The notes under the pieces: generated by a model
The model's database searches: none
What the model saw: the letters and a program-made list of their open reading frames with translations, nothing else
What the model was told of the DNA's origin: nothing
Program-made: the position numbers and the translations under genes
Part shown: piece after piece, positions 16,914-27,813 of the stretch
Numbering within the stretch: position 1 is the first letter of the stretch
Layout: every line of letters starts with the position of its first letter
Source: Chloroflexota bacterium
Lineage (GTDB): Bacteria; Chloroflexota; Chloroflexia; QHBQ01
Assembly: GCA_043754535.1 (NCBI GenBank)
Contig: JAYUUN010000022.1
Coordinates: 1 to 55,549 of the forward strand
Length of the DNA: 55,549 bases
Direction of reading: 5' to 3'

Positions 16914-18338
16914 ATGGCGATTGAGATGCAGCCGCTTTACGCACAGGGCTTTGCGCCGCTAGAGCAGGAGTTTACGCTGGACGAACTGCCTGTAGCTGGG
17001 CGGATACCGGGCTGGTTGCGCGGGATGTTGGTTCGCAACGGCCCCGCCCGCTTCGACCTGCCGCAGCAGAGCTTGCGTCACTGGTTCGACGGGCAAGCGA
17101 TGCTGCATAAGTTTGCCTTCAGCGGCGGCAAGGTCAGCTACGCCAACAAGTTCGTGGTCAGCCCCGCCTACGAATACGCTGAGCGCGAGGGCAAGCTTGG
17201 CTACCTGGAGTTCGCCAGCGACCCCTGCCGCTCGATCTTCAAGCGGTTTACTACTATGTTTGACCAGGAGGGCGGCTACAACACCAACGTCAGCATTGGC
17301 AAGGTGGCCGACAAGTTCGTGGCTTGGACGGAGCTACCGCTGCCGATTGAGTTTGACCCGCAGACGCTAGCGACCGTCGGCCTCGTCCGCTTCGATGACA
17401 AGCTAGTGGGGGTAGTTAGCACCCCGCACCCGCACGCTGACCGCAACGGTGACGGCATCAACAATATGGTTAAGTTTGGCGCGCCCAGTGCCTATAACCT
17501 CTTTCGTACTGCCGCCCATGAGGCCAAGCGCACCCTGATCGCCAGCCTGCCGACCATGCGCCCTGCCTATATGCACAGCTTCAGCATCACTGAACACTAT
17601 GCGATCCTGGCCGAGTACCCGCTCTACTTCAACTCGCTGGGCCTGCTCCTCAGCGGCAAGGCGGTCGCCGAAAACATGGATTGGCAGCCAGAGCGTGGGA
17701 TGAACTTCCTGGTAGTTGAGCTGGCGAGTGGCAAGCTAGTGGGCAAATATCGTAGCAACCCCTTCTTCTGCTTCCACCACGTCAACGCCTATGAGGAGGG
17801 TGACGAGATCGTAGTTGATCTGCTCGCCTTCCCCGACCCTTCGATCATCCAGGCTCTCTACCTCGAACCGTTGCGTCACCCACAGGCTGAGGTTACTCCC
17901 GTGCCGCTGCCTACCCTGCGCCGCTACCGCGTGCCGTTGGCGGGGACGACGGTGCAGGCCGAGACGCTGACCGAGGTGAGCATGGAATTGCCGCGCATCA
18001 ACTACGCCTATAATGGCCGCCCCTATCGCTACGCCTACGCCCAGGGCTTGAGCGACCAACGCCCGCACGACTTCCTCAATCAGCTAGTCAAGGCTGACGT
18101 GCAGCAGCGTAGCACCCAGACCTGGTTCGTCCCTGGCTGCTACCCTGGTGAGCCGGTCTTCGTTGCGGCACCCAACGCACAAGCCGAGGATGATGGCGTG
18201 ATCCTCTCCGTCGTCCTGGACAGCGAGCAGGCTAACTCCTTCCTGCTCGTCCTCGATGCCAGCAGCTTCACCGAACTTGGCCGCGCCACCGTGCCGCACC
18301 ACATCCCCTTCGGCTTCCACGGGATATACTTTGGCTAG
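16914..18338 (+). CDS. Carotenoid oxygenase (RPE65/CCD) family protein
   Basis: GRIPGWLRGMLVRNGP, HWFDG, PHPH, YMHSF, FHHVNAYE, ELPRIN, PGEPVFV, EDDGVILSVV, IPFGFHG (four Fe-binding His). Confidence 0.93.
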   Translation: MAIEMQPLYAQGFAPLEQEFTLDELPVAGRIPGWLRGMLVRNGPARFDLPQQSLRHWFDGQAMLHKFAFSGGKVSYANKFVVSPAYEYAEREGKLGYLEFASDPCRSIFKRFTTMFDQEGGYNTNVSIGKVADKFVAWTELPLPIEFDPQTLATVGLVRFDDKLVGVVSTPHPHADRNGDGINNMVKFGAPSAYNLFRTAAHEAKRTLIASLPTMRPAYMHSFSITEHYAILAEYPLYFNSLGLLLSGKAVAENMDWQPERGMNFLVVELASGKLVGKYRSNPFFCFHHVNAYEEGDEIVVDLLAFPDPSIIQALYLEPLRHPQAEVTPVPLPTLRRYRVPLAGTTVQAETLTEVSMELPRINYAYNGRPYRYAYAQGLSDQRPHDFLNQLVKADVQQRSTQTWFVPGCYPGEPVFVAAPNAQAEDDGVILSVVLDSEQANSFLLVLDASSFTELGRATVPHHIPFGFHGIYFG

Positions 18339-18378
18339 GCGCGGTCGGAGACCACTCGCCTAAGCCACTGCTAGCCAA

Positions 18379-18798
18379 CTACTTGTAGTAGCACTCCCAC
18401 CAACTCTGGTGGCTCTGCTGCCAGGCGGCGGCAGTGGCGTAGATTTGGGCCTGCGCGTTGTAGATTGAGTAGTTGCGGTAGGGATTCCAGTTGCCCCCCC
18501 AGGTGGCCGGGCTGTACTGGTACAGGCCGATGTAGGGGCCGCTGGCATTGTATGCGTCAGACCGCGCACTGGACTCGCAGAGCAGCACCCGCCACATCTT
18601 GTCCTCCGACTCGCTGTAAGGGTACCGCTTGTGGGCATCAGCGATCCAGGTCCGATACTGGCTATGCTGGTCAGCTATCCCCGTAGGGCTGAAAGCCGGT
18701 AGGCTGTTGGTCGAGCCGTCTGGCCCGAAGTTGTTGGCATTACTGGCGATGATCAAGATGACAAAGGCTAGTAGGCCGATGATGATGAAGCGTTGCAT
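18379..18798 (-). CDS. Small secreted lysozyme-like (Rpf/SLT-type transglycosylase) protein
   Basis: N-terminal TM/signal; CESS motif followed by NASG..GLYQY..ATW and C-terminal W..C; AGGAGG RBS; TGcTATAAT on minus strand at about 18822-18830. Confidence 0.7.
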   Translation of the reverse strand: MQRFIIIGLLAFVILIIASNANNFGPDGSTNSLPAFSPTGIADQHSQYRTWIADAHKRYPYSESEDKMWRVLLCESSARSDAYNASGPYIGLYQYSPATWGGNWNPYRNYSIYNAQAQIYATAAAWQQSHQSWWECYYK

Positions 18799-18883
18799 TT
18801 GCGCTCCTCCTTTCGTCACCGATTATAGCACAAATGCAACAGATGCAACGTCACTATTGCGCCTAACCATTGGAGGAGCCAGT

Positions 18884-19636
18884 TTGCTGCAAGCAAAACG
18901 CATTCAGGCGATCATCTTCGACCTGGGCGACACCCTGATCCGCACCCCGATCAGCCAGTATGAAGACGACCACTTCTACGCTGAGACTGCCCGGCAGTTG
19001 CGCCTGGCCCGCCCAGATGTGGCCCTTGACGCAGAGCAACTGCGTCACCACCAGGGGTTGGTTGGTCAAATGATCGCCGACTCCTACTACGAGGAGCAAC
19101 CATCAGCCCGCCTGGAGTACGACGCGGCAACCACGATGGCTCTGGCGATGCGCCAGGTCGCCCCACAGTACGCTGATGATGCGGCCTTGCAGCGCACGAT
19201 CTACGATATTGGCCGTGGGTTGATCTACAGCCCGGCGGTGGTCAGCCCCTACACCTATGCGGTGCTGGACGATCTGCGTGGACGCGGCTATCGTCTCGGT
19301 CTCTGCTCCAACTACTTCGGCTACGCTGACGTGGTGCTGGATAGTACGCGCGAGATCGGCATTGCCGGGCGGCTAGACGCTTGCGTGTTCTCTTGCGAAG
19401 TGGGCTGGCGCAAGCCGAACCCCCGCATCTACACTGCGATCTGCGCAAAGCTGGCAGTCGCGCCCACCAACTGCCTGTTCGTCGGCGACCGCCTGCTAGA
19501 GGATATACATAGCCCACAAGAGTTGGGGATGCAAACCGTCCTCAGTCATGAGTACCGCCAGGAGCAGCCAGTGGCTAGCACGCCCCCGCCCGATCTGCTG
19601 ATCGAGCGGCTAGATCAACTGTTGGCTGCTTTGTTA
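18884..19636 (+). CDS. HAD-superfamily hydrolase (standard code would extend to 19753)
   Basis: GGAGG RBS plus TTG; FDLGDTL, CSN, KPNP.IY, FVGDR..EDI. The domain ends ERLDQLLAAL, followed by in-frame TTA at 19634. Confidence 0.85.
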
Positions 19637-19644
19637 GCTGCTGC

Positions 19645-20460
19645 TCAATATTCTACCAACACGCCCACGCTGAGTTGCTGGGCGAGGGCAAGGAGCTTAC
19701 GGATGCGGGCCAGCCCATTGAGTGTCACCGAGTCGCGCACGGCATCGCGCTGATCGAGGGTGGTCAGCGGGTCCTTGATCAGGCGCACCGCCTCCTCTAG
19801 CCAGCTAGTGACAAAGTGGTAGAAGGAGGTGACCATGTCTGCGCTGATCTCGCGCAGAAAGAGCAGTTGCCAAATCTGGTCGGCCCCGATGTCGTAGTAG
19901 CGACCAGTGCGTGGATAGGGCAGGCGGAAGGGCTGCTCTGGCGCGTCGAAGTAGACCCCACGCAGGGTAGTCTGACCGAGGAAGCGCGTCCCCTTCGGCG
20001 CACCGCTGCCCCGCTTGCCGCGCAGGGTAAAGATGCTGAGGCCGGTGATCTTGCGTTGCTCCTCCAGGATCAGGTTGAGGAAGCTACGAGCTGGTTCGAG
20101 GTCGTCGGTTGCCATTGCTAGGCGGTGAACGAGTAGGCTGAGGACAAGTTCGCTGGTTTCGTCAATTGGGTATTCGAGGCTAGCCCAGCAGCCGACTGCC
20201 ACCGGGTCGCGGTCGAGGCGGGCGACGAAGTTGGCGGGGCAGGTTAGACAGCTAGGCTGGGCTGCGCGCAAGGGAGCTAGGGCGCGATCCATATCCGCCG
20301 GGTTGATGCCGTACTCCTTGCTCGCCTCTTTGACCGAGAGCGGGCCGGTACGACGGGCAGCCCGTACCCGACGTTCCATCTTGCTAAGTTGGTGTAGCCA
20401 GGTGGTGCCGTACTGCTGTTTTGGCTGGCAACGGTAGTCGAGCATGAAGTCTGCGGCCAT
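19645..20460 (-). CDS. Hypothetical protein with Cys motifs (DYRCQPKQ, CLTCPAN, GCW..LEYPI), possibly metal-binding
   Basis: 271-aa ORF; GGAGG RBS; codon usage like neighbours. Confidence 0.7.
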   Translation of the reverse strand: MAADFMLDYRCQPKQQYGTTWLHQLSKMERRVRAARRTGPLSVKEASKEYGINPADMDRALAPLRAAQPSCLTCPANFVARLDRDPVAVGCWASLEYPIDETSELVLSLLVHRLAMATDDLEPARSFLNLILEEQRKITGLSIFTLRGKRGSGAPKGTRFLGQTTLRGVYFDAPEQPFRLPYPRTGRYYDIGADQIWQLLFLREISADMVTSFYHFVTSWLEEAVRLIKDPLTTLDQRDAVRDSVTLNGLARIRKLLALAQQLSVGVLVEY

Positions 20461-21212
20461 CTATCTTCGTCCTCCCCAAACGCTCTCACTGCAATGTTGG
20501 CGGCAGACAGTGCCTCACGCACCGCCTGCACCGTCGCCAGGGCCAGCGGGCTGTCACCATGCACGCAGATCGTGTCAGCCCGCAAGTGGTATAGGCTGCC
20601 ATCATGGGCCAGCACCGTCCCCTCTTGCACGATCCGCACTGCCTGAGCAGCGGCGGCGGCTGGTGACAGTATAGCATCTTTTTGCGTGCGAGATCGCAAT
20701 CTGCCATTCGGTTCATAAGCGCGGTCGGCGAAGGCTTCCTCGGCCACGCGCAGCCCCGCTGCTCTGGCTATCTCCACCAGTGGCGAACCAGCCAGGGCAA
20801 CCACGCGCAGGTAGCTGGCAAACTGCTGCACAGTGGCGACGAACAAGCCCGCGATCCGCTCGTCGTGCATCGCCTGATTGTACAACGCGCCATGCAGCTT
20901 CACGTGACTTGCCGCCCAACCTGCGTCGTCGCAGAGGGCAGCGAAGGCCGCAAGCTGGTAGCGTAGCAGCCCGCGTAGCTCGCCGTCAGCCAGGTGCAAC
21001 TCGCGGCGACCAAAGTGGGCGCGGTCATCGTAGCCAGGATGTGCGCCGACCGCCACCCCCTGCTGCCTTGCCAGCCTGATAGTGCGCGCCGCCACCGCTG
21101 GGCCACCCGCGTGCAGCCCACAGCAGACATTGGCCGAGGTGCAGTAAGGCATTAGTTCTGCGTCCAGCCCACCCTCTAGCTCACCCATATCGCAGTTGAG
21201 GTCGATATGCAT
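20385..21212 (-). CDS. pxpA: 5-oxoprolinase subunit A (LamB/YcsF); standard code would extend to 20277
   Basis: IDLNCDMGE, SANVCCGLHAG, GAHPGY.D..FGRR, HVKLHGALYN, EAFADRAY, DTICVHGD. Confidence 0.92.
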
Positions 21213-21246
21213 AGGCATATGCGGCGCAAGCCCACTCAACTTGCCC

Positions 21247-22263
<1,017 letters not shown>

Positions 22264-22392
22264 CTTACATTCCCCTCTCAGCTTGTTTGTGCGCGTGTTG
22301 CGTCAAACAAAGTAGTCCTGTTTTGCCAGCCTGGTTCAGTTTGCTGTATTATAGCACAGGTTGCCCACCAACCCTAGCAGGGAGGATGTTAG

Positions 22393-22722
22393 ATGAACGA
22401 AATGGTACTGCTCTACATCGTCTGCGGCGGACAGGCCGAAGCAGAGGCGATCAGTCGCGCCCTGCTAGCCGAGCGGCTGATCGCCTGCGCCAACTTGCAC
22501 CCCATCAGCTCGCTCTACTGCTGGCAGGGGGAGACCGTCAGCGAGGGCGAGGTGGTGCTACTTGCCAAGACGCTCCGCCACCCTGCCCTGCTTTCCTTGA
22601 TCGAGGAGCGGGTGCGCGCCCTGCACAGCTACGCAATCCCCTGCATCATGCAACTGCCCGTTGCTCAGGTCAATGCCGACTACCTGCGTTGGATCGTAGA
22701 GCAAGTGGCTGTTGCACAATAA
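22393..22722 (+). CDS. cutA: Divalent-cation tolerance protein CutA
   Basis: LLAERLIACAN..ISSLYCWQG..E..KT..LHSY..PCI..YLRW. Confidence 0.92.
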   Translation: MNEMVLLYIVCGGQAEAEAISRALLAERLIACANLHPISSLYCWQGETVSEGEVVLLAKTLRHPALLSLIEERVRALHSYAIPCIMQLPVAQVNADYLRWIVEQVAVAQ

Positions 22723-22735
22723 ACAAGCAGTGCTG

Positions 22736-24484
22736 CTACCTGTACCGCTCTGCCAGCCAGCCGCGCCATCCCATCTCGAAGTCATCCAGACCGAGGCCGA
22801 AAGCCTGGATGAAGGCTTCATCCACGCCGTTGCCAGCCACCAAGTAGTGCAGCATTGCATTGAAGCGATCCATGCCGTAGAGTTCAACCAGGTAGGCCAC
22901 CCCACTGTAGGCCTGCTCGTAGGCAAGGTTGACTTGGCCGCCTGCCACCTGCTGGAAGGATGGGAACGCAGCCCAGGCGAAGAAACGGTCGCCGCGCAGT
23001 GCTTCGCGTAGGATGGTGGGGCGGCTGGCCTGCTCACTGCCAAGCGGCGCAACCCGCTCCGCCTCGTAGACCGCCAGCCCTTCGTTCAACCAGTCGGGGC
23101 TGTTCCCCCGCGTCAGGCCCATGCTGTTCTGCACTGCGTGGGTAAACTCGTGGGCCAGCAGGTTGAGGTAAGCCTGGGTCGGCGCGCCGTTGTAGGCAGC
23201 CTTGATGCTCTCGCCCGCCATGCTCCAGCCGCCTACCCAGGTTGGCAGCGATAGGCGCACGCTATCTTGCAGCAAGGCAGCACTGGGGTAGAACTTGACC
23301 TCGGTCACGCCCGCCGGAGCTACATCCAGGTCGCCAGTGATCGTGGCATAGGCACGCTCAGCGACAGCGACCATCGCTTTTGCCACCGTTGCATTGGCCG
23401 CAAAGTAGGCGACCTGGAAGTGGGGCGTAGCGAGGTATTGGAAGGCGAGATCGCTGTAGTACCACTGGCCTGCTAGCTTGCGAAAGAGTACCTGGCTGCT
23501 AACTACGTGCGCGCCGCCCAGGTCGTGCCGTTCAGTCAGCGTGGCGGTCGCCCAGCTACCGTCCGCGCCCAGGCTCAGTCGGTCAAGAGTGAGGGCGAAG
23601 TAGGTGGGCTGATGGGCAAAGAGGTCATCGAACCAGACCGTCTGCTCGTGCAAGAGCAACGGCTTCTGCGGGTCAACTGTCGCACGGAAGGCGGCAGCAT
23701 CGCGCAGGTGGACTGCATCACCCCGCTGGGCGACCAACAGGCGGATGGCTAGCTCGGCCCCTCCACGCTCGTCTTCCACTGGCGCAGGGGTCTCCTCAGT
23801 TGGTGGCTGTCCAGCAGTTGGTGGTTTGGTTGCTGGCGCACTCTGCGTCGTCGGGCTGGGCTGCTCTATGATCAGGTCAGGTGGCTCGTCCGCCGTCCTG
23901 CTATCCCCTGGGTTGACTGGTGGCGTGGCTTTGCGAGCAGGGCTGCGGGCAGCAGTGGGGTGGGCTGTGGTAGTCGGCAGTTTGGCGACTCGCAGTGGGG
24001 TGGTCGTAGCTGGCGGTGCCGTCGGTGCTGTGGTCGGCGGCTTCGCAGCCAGTGCGCTGGGCGAAACGTAGGCGCGCTGAGGGAGGATCAGGTCGGGTGG
24101 GGGTGTGAGTAGCAGGGTGATAGTGTCCACTGTCGGGCTGGCAGGTGGCCGCTGTGTCGGCGTGAAGCCAGGGGGGAGCAACCGCACGGAGGCCGCCTGC
24201 CCACTGACCACGATTGGCGCAACGACCGGGGATAGCGGGACAACAGGCAGCATCGGCGGGGGACTACCCGCCTGCACTAGCAGCGCGAGGGCCAGCAACA
24301 GTGCGGCCAGCAATTGGCGGGGTGGGTGGCTGGTCGGGGTTGCCAGCCGCGTCGTACTGACCTCTACGCCAGCGGGCGGCACAAGCTGGCAGGCAGCATA
24401 CCGGTCGGGTAGGTAGCCGAGGCGGGTGGTGGCTTGGGGCGGCTGCGGCAGGCGGGCAGCCTCCGTTGGGGCGTGGTTGACCAT
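22736..24484 (-). CDS. Peptidase MA (gluzincin-like) domain protein with Pro/Thr-rich stalk and TM segment
   Basis: LAHEFTH...WLNEGLAVY...AY.QAYSGVAYL; start uncertain. Confidence 0.8.
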   Translation of the reverse strand: MVNHAPTEAARLPQPPQATTRLGYLPDRYAACQLVPPAGVEVSTTRLATPTSHPPRQLLAALLLALALLVQAGSPPPMLPVVPLSPVVAPIVVSGQAASVRLLPPGFTPTQRPPASPTVDTITLLLTPPPDLILPQRAYVSPSALAAKPPTTAPTAPPATTTPLRVAKLPTTTAHPTAARSPARKATPPVNPGDSRTADEPPDLIIEQPSPTTQSAPATKPPTAGQPPTEETPAPVEDERGGAELAIRLLVAQRGDAVHLRDAAAFRATVDPQKPLLLHEQTVWFDDLFAHQPTYFALTLDRLSLGADGSWATATLTERHDLGGAHVVSSQVLFRKLAGQWYYSDLAFQYLATPHFQVAYFAANATVAKAMVAVAERAYATITGDLDVAPAGVTEVKFYPSAALLQDSVRLSLPTWVGGWSMAGESIKAAYNGAPTQAYLNLLAHEFTHAVQNSMGLTRGNSPDWLNEGLAVYEAERVAPLGSEQASRPTILREALRGDRFFAWAAFPSFQQVAGGQVNLAYEQAYSGVAYLVELYGMDRFNAMLHYLVAGNGVDEAFIQAFGLGLDDFEMGWRGWLAERYR

Positions 24485-24593
24485 AAGTTTGCTTCTCACA
24501 CTGCGGCCCCTCCCCTCGTGGTGCGCCCTCAGCTTGTGCCAGGGGTGGCCCGCCCTTACCCAGGACAAGCCAGGTTATAGTTTCTACCCCTCT

Positions 24594-24622
24594 ATTGTAT
24601 CACCAACGCAGCAATCTTGCAA
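24594..24622 (-). promoter_or_regulatory. sigma70-type promoter for the peptidase gene
   Basis: TTGCAA-17 bp-TACAAT with TG extension; lies inside the post-TTA tail of the MFS ORF. Confidence 0.6.
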
Positions 24623-24660
24623 TAGCGCAATAGCTTGCGAAAGAGCATAAGCGGCCAAGC

Positions 24661-26046
24661 TAACGCTGACTGGAACTCACCATCGATCTCGTCCTCCACC
24701 TTCTTCTCGTTCACTTTGGTCAGCAGCAAGATGCCAATCAGGTAGTAGATCGCGGCACCGACCATGATCGCGCTGTAGGTGGCGACTGGGTTGAGGTTGG
24801 GGTTGAGGATGCTGGCGATCACCGTGCCGAAAACCGGGGAGAGTGCCTGCGCCCCCGCCGTCGCCAGGTTGCTGACCCCCATGTACTTGCCTGCCTGACT
24901 GCGCGGGATCAGGTCTGTGACCATCGCCCAATCCACTGCGGTGAACATCCCGAAAAAGAGGCCAGTGAAGGTGCTGAGGATGGTTAGTAGGGTGAAGTCA
25001 CGGAAGAAGACCAGGGCGAGCGCGCCAAGAATGCCGAACACCCCACTGAGGGCGATCAGCGGCTTGCGCCCATAGCGGTCGGTGAGGAAGCCGCTGATGA
25101 TCGCTGAGATAAAGCTGAAGCTGATCACGATCACCTGGATGATCGTGTAGCCTGCATTCGCGTCGGGCAAGATCAGGCCAAAGAAGTTGTAGTTCTTCAG
25201 CTTGATTACATCTTGGATGTAGTAGAGGGCGTAGGTGGTGATCGTGGTGAAGCCCATCAGGCTGAACAGGCGGGCGATCAGTAGCCAGACGAAATCGGGA
25301 TACCGTTTGGCGTTGATGCTGACGATAGAGGTTAGCCGCTGGCCGAAGCTGATCCGTGGGCTGGGCGGTAGCTGGTCTGTTGCTTGCTCGCGCAGCAGCA
25401 GGATGTTGACCAGCCCACCGAGGGCAACGATGATGATCACCCCCAGGCTCGCCCCGGCCAGGTCGTTGCGGCTGAGGCTGATACCCATGTAGATAGCAGA
25501 GCCGATCTGCCCGAACATCTGCGCCGCCCCTAGTGCGCCGCTGGCCTTGCCACGATCCTCCGCTAGCACGCGGTCGGGCAGCAGGCCGTGATAGGGGCCA
25601 AAGGCGACGTTGGAGAACAACTGGGTGAGGCCATAGAAGAAAAGAAGCCACCACCAGCCAAGTAGGACAGAGAGGGTCAGTCCTAGCACGCTGATCAGGG
25701 TCAAGGTCGTGCCAATGAAGACGAAGGGAACGCGCTTGCCCACCTTTGACCGCCAGCCGTCGCTGATCGCCCCGAACATGGGCTGGGCGAAGGCGGCGAT
25801 GATCAGTCCAGGGAAGGTGATCCAGCCGAGCGCAGTGAGCTTGTTGTCGGCAACGGTCAGGCCGAACAGCCGTAGCCCTTCGGCGGGCAGCAGCCGCTCG
25901 TTGAGGTTTGGTATGATGAACTGGCCTATGGCACCCCAAAGTACGGTGAAGGCAAACTGGTAGGCGCAGAACCAGAGGTAGTCCAGCCCGCGCATCTTGT
26001 GGGCGGCTGGGTTGACCTTCGCCATTGGTTGGTTAGCAGTGGTCAC
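24661..26046 (-). CDS. MFS transporter (12 TM, sugar-type); standard code would extend to 24592
   Basis: QPMFGAISDGWRSKVGKRVPF, LPD.V..EDRGKASG, GFLTDRYGRK, DWAM..D. Acidic tail ends DGEFQSA, then TTA. Confidence 0.88.
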
Positions 26047-26278
26047 GATTTTCCCTTTCTGCGACGTTGCATAAGCTGGTACTTATACAATACCACAGGT
26101 TGTGATCAAAAGCAAGGGCTGGGGTTCAGAGTCTGAGCTGCACCCGCTCTACACGGTAGTATCTGTTTGCGTAAGTGGTGCAGCGGCCCACTATTACATC
26201 CCAAGGCTGATAGTCCCAGCCCTGAGGTGCTGTAAAATAGAGAGGCGGTGCTGTCAACAGAGATCTGGGAGGCCACCC

Positions 26279-27205
26279 ATGCTGTCCATCAAACCCCAAC
26301 TCAGCGATGCAGCGGTGCGGGACTTGCTCACCGAACGCTTCGCTCCTCCCACTGGCGAACTGCGGGCGTTGGCAGGCGGCCAGATTGCTCAAACTATCAC
26401 CTTTACCGCCAACGGTCAGGCTTACGTTCTCCGCATCAACCCACCCACCTTCCCCGATTTTGAGAAGGATGCCTACGTATATCGCCACTACGCCAGCCCA
26501 CGCCTGCCGATCCCTCCCATCTATCAGCTTGGCACGGTGGATGGGCTGCCCTACGCCATCTCCCCAATGATGCCCGGCAAGAACATGATCGACTTGCCTG
26601 CCGCCGAGATCGCCAGCTACATCCCTGCCTTGATCGAAACGCTGGACGCGATCCATGCTAGTGACGTGAGTAGTAGCACGGGCTACGGTGCCTTCGATGG
26701 GCGGGGGGTTGCCCGCTATCATAGCTGGCGGGCATTCGTGACCAGCGTGGGCGACGAGCATGAGCCAGGCACCTTCTTCGGTAACTGGCATAGCCTGTTC
26801 GACGAGACCTTTCTGGAGCGCGACGTGTGGGCGCGCATCTACGCAGCGATGCTGTCGCTGCTCGACTACTGCCCAGAGGATCGCTGGCTGCTGCACGCCG
26901 ATTACGCCTTCGGCAACGTGTTGGTGCAGGCCGGGCAGATCACAGCGGTGCTAGACTGGGCGAACGCTATGTACGGAGACTTCCTCTGCGACGTAGCATG
27001 GCTCCACCATGTGTTGCCTGACCACCAGGTACTGGACCGCTGCGCCGCCTACTACGCAGCGCAGGGCAGACCTATAGCGAACTATGCAGAGCGACTACTT
27101 TGCTACAGGTGTCTGATCACCCTCGACTCGATGCGCTACTGTGCCAAAGTGGGACGTGAGGCCGACTACATCTCCATACGCGATCAAACGCTGGCTGTTC
27201 TTTAG
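26279..27205 (+). CDS. Aminoglycoside phosphotransferase (APH/kinase-like) family protein
   Basis: GGAGG RBS; YVLRI, F.KD, LLHADY..GNVL, VLDW. Confidence 0.85.
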   Translation: MLSIKPQLSDAAVRDLLTERFAPPTGELRALAGGQIAQTITFTANGQAYVLRINPPTFPDFEKDAYVYRHYASPRLPIPPIYQLGTVDGLPYAISPMMPGKNMIDLPAAEIASYIPALIETLDAIHASDVSSSTGYGAFDGRGVARYHSWRAFVTSVGDEHEPGTFFGNWHSLFDETFLERDVWARIYAAMLSLLDYCPEDRWLLHADYAFGNVLVQAGQITAVLDWANAMYGDFLCDVAWLHHVLPDHQVLDRCAAYYAAQGRPIANYAERLLCYRCLITLDSMRYCAKVGREADYISIRDQTLAVL

Positions 27206-27213
27206 CTGCTGGC

Positions 27214-27813
27214 TTACACCCCCACGGTCAGCCCTGCCACCGCCGCCCTGCCTCCCTCGGTGATAAACTCGCCGCGTACCCGCTCGGTCAGTACCGCCGC
27301 AAAGTCGTATTCCAGCAGTCGTGCGCTGAGGCTGGCGACCTCGTCCTCCGCCAAGGGGTATTCTACGGTAGTGATCAACTTGCCCTCGTCGCTGGCTAGG
27401 TAGTCACTGGCGAAGATCACGCTGTCTGCGCCGCTATAGTGCAGGTAGTGGCGGTGCTTGCCCGGCTGCTCGATCACGAGCAGGTCGCTAGTCGCGTCGG
27501 CCCGACGCAGCACCTTGCAGCCAAATGCTTCCTGGTAGGCAGCCAGGCCGTGATAGGCTCTCTCAGTCAGGAACAGCAAATCTACCCCACCTAGCGCGTC
27601 CAAAGCCTCAAACAGGTCGTCGCTCAAGTCAGGCAGCCCCACCAGCACCTTGCTGCTAGCAACAACGAAGTAAGCGAGTCGCTGCCAGCCTCCATCCTCA
27701 TCCTCACCCTGACCATGCTGGTAGATGGCGTAGACGTGCGGCGGTATTAGCAGGCTCATGTTCGCTGCCCGCAGCAGGAACTGCGTCTCGCGGGAGTTCT
27801 CCTCGCCCAGCAT
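27214..27813 (-). CDS. Hypothetical protein, degenerate metallo-beta-lactamase-like fold
   Basis: AAGGAG RBS; LGGVDLLFLT, FGCKV, PG.H, VIFASD resemble an MBL fold lacking the HxHxDH motif. Confidence 0.55.
   Translation of the reverse strand: MLGEENSRETQFLLRAANMSLLIPPHVYAIYQHGQGEDEDGGWQRLAYFVVASSKVLVGLPDLSDDLFEALDALGGVDLLFLTERAYHGLAAYQEAFGCKVLRRADATSDLLVIEQPGKHRHYLHYSGADSVIFASDYLASDEGKLITTVEYPLAEDEVASLSARLLEYDFAAVLTERVRGEFITEGGRAAVAGLTVGV

Noticed and set aside
20455..20490. AGA as an additional stop (pxpA ends GAT AGA TG, AGATG overlap)
   Set aside because: AGA occurs in frame inside genes (e.g. 4236, 10486, 34298)
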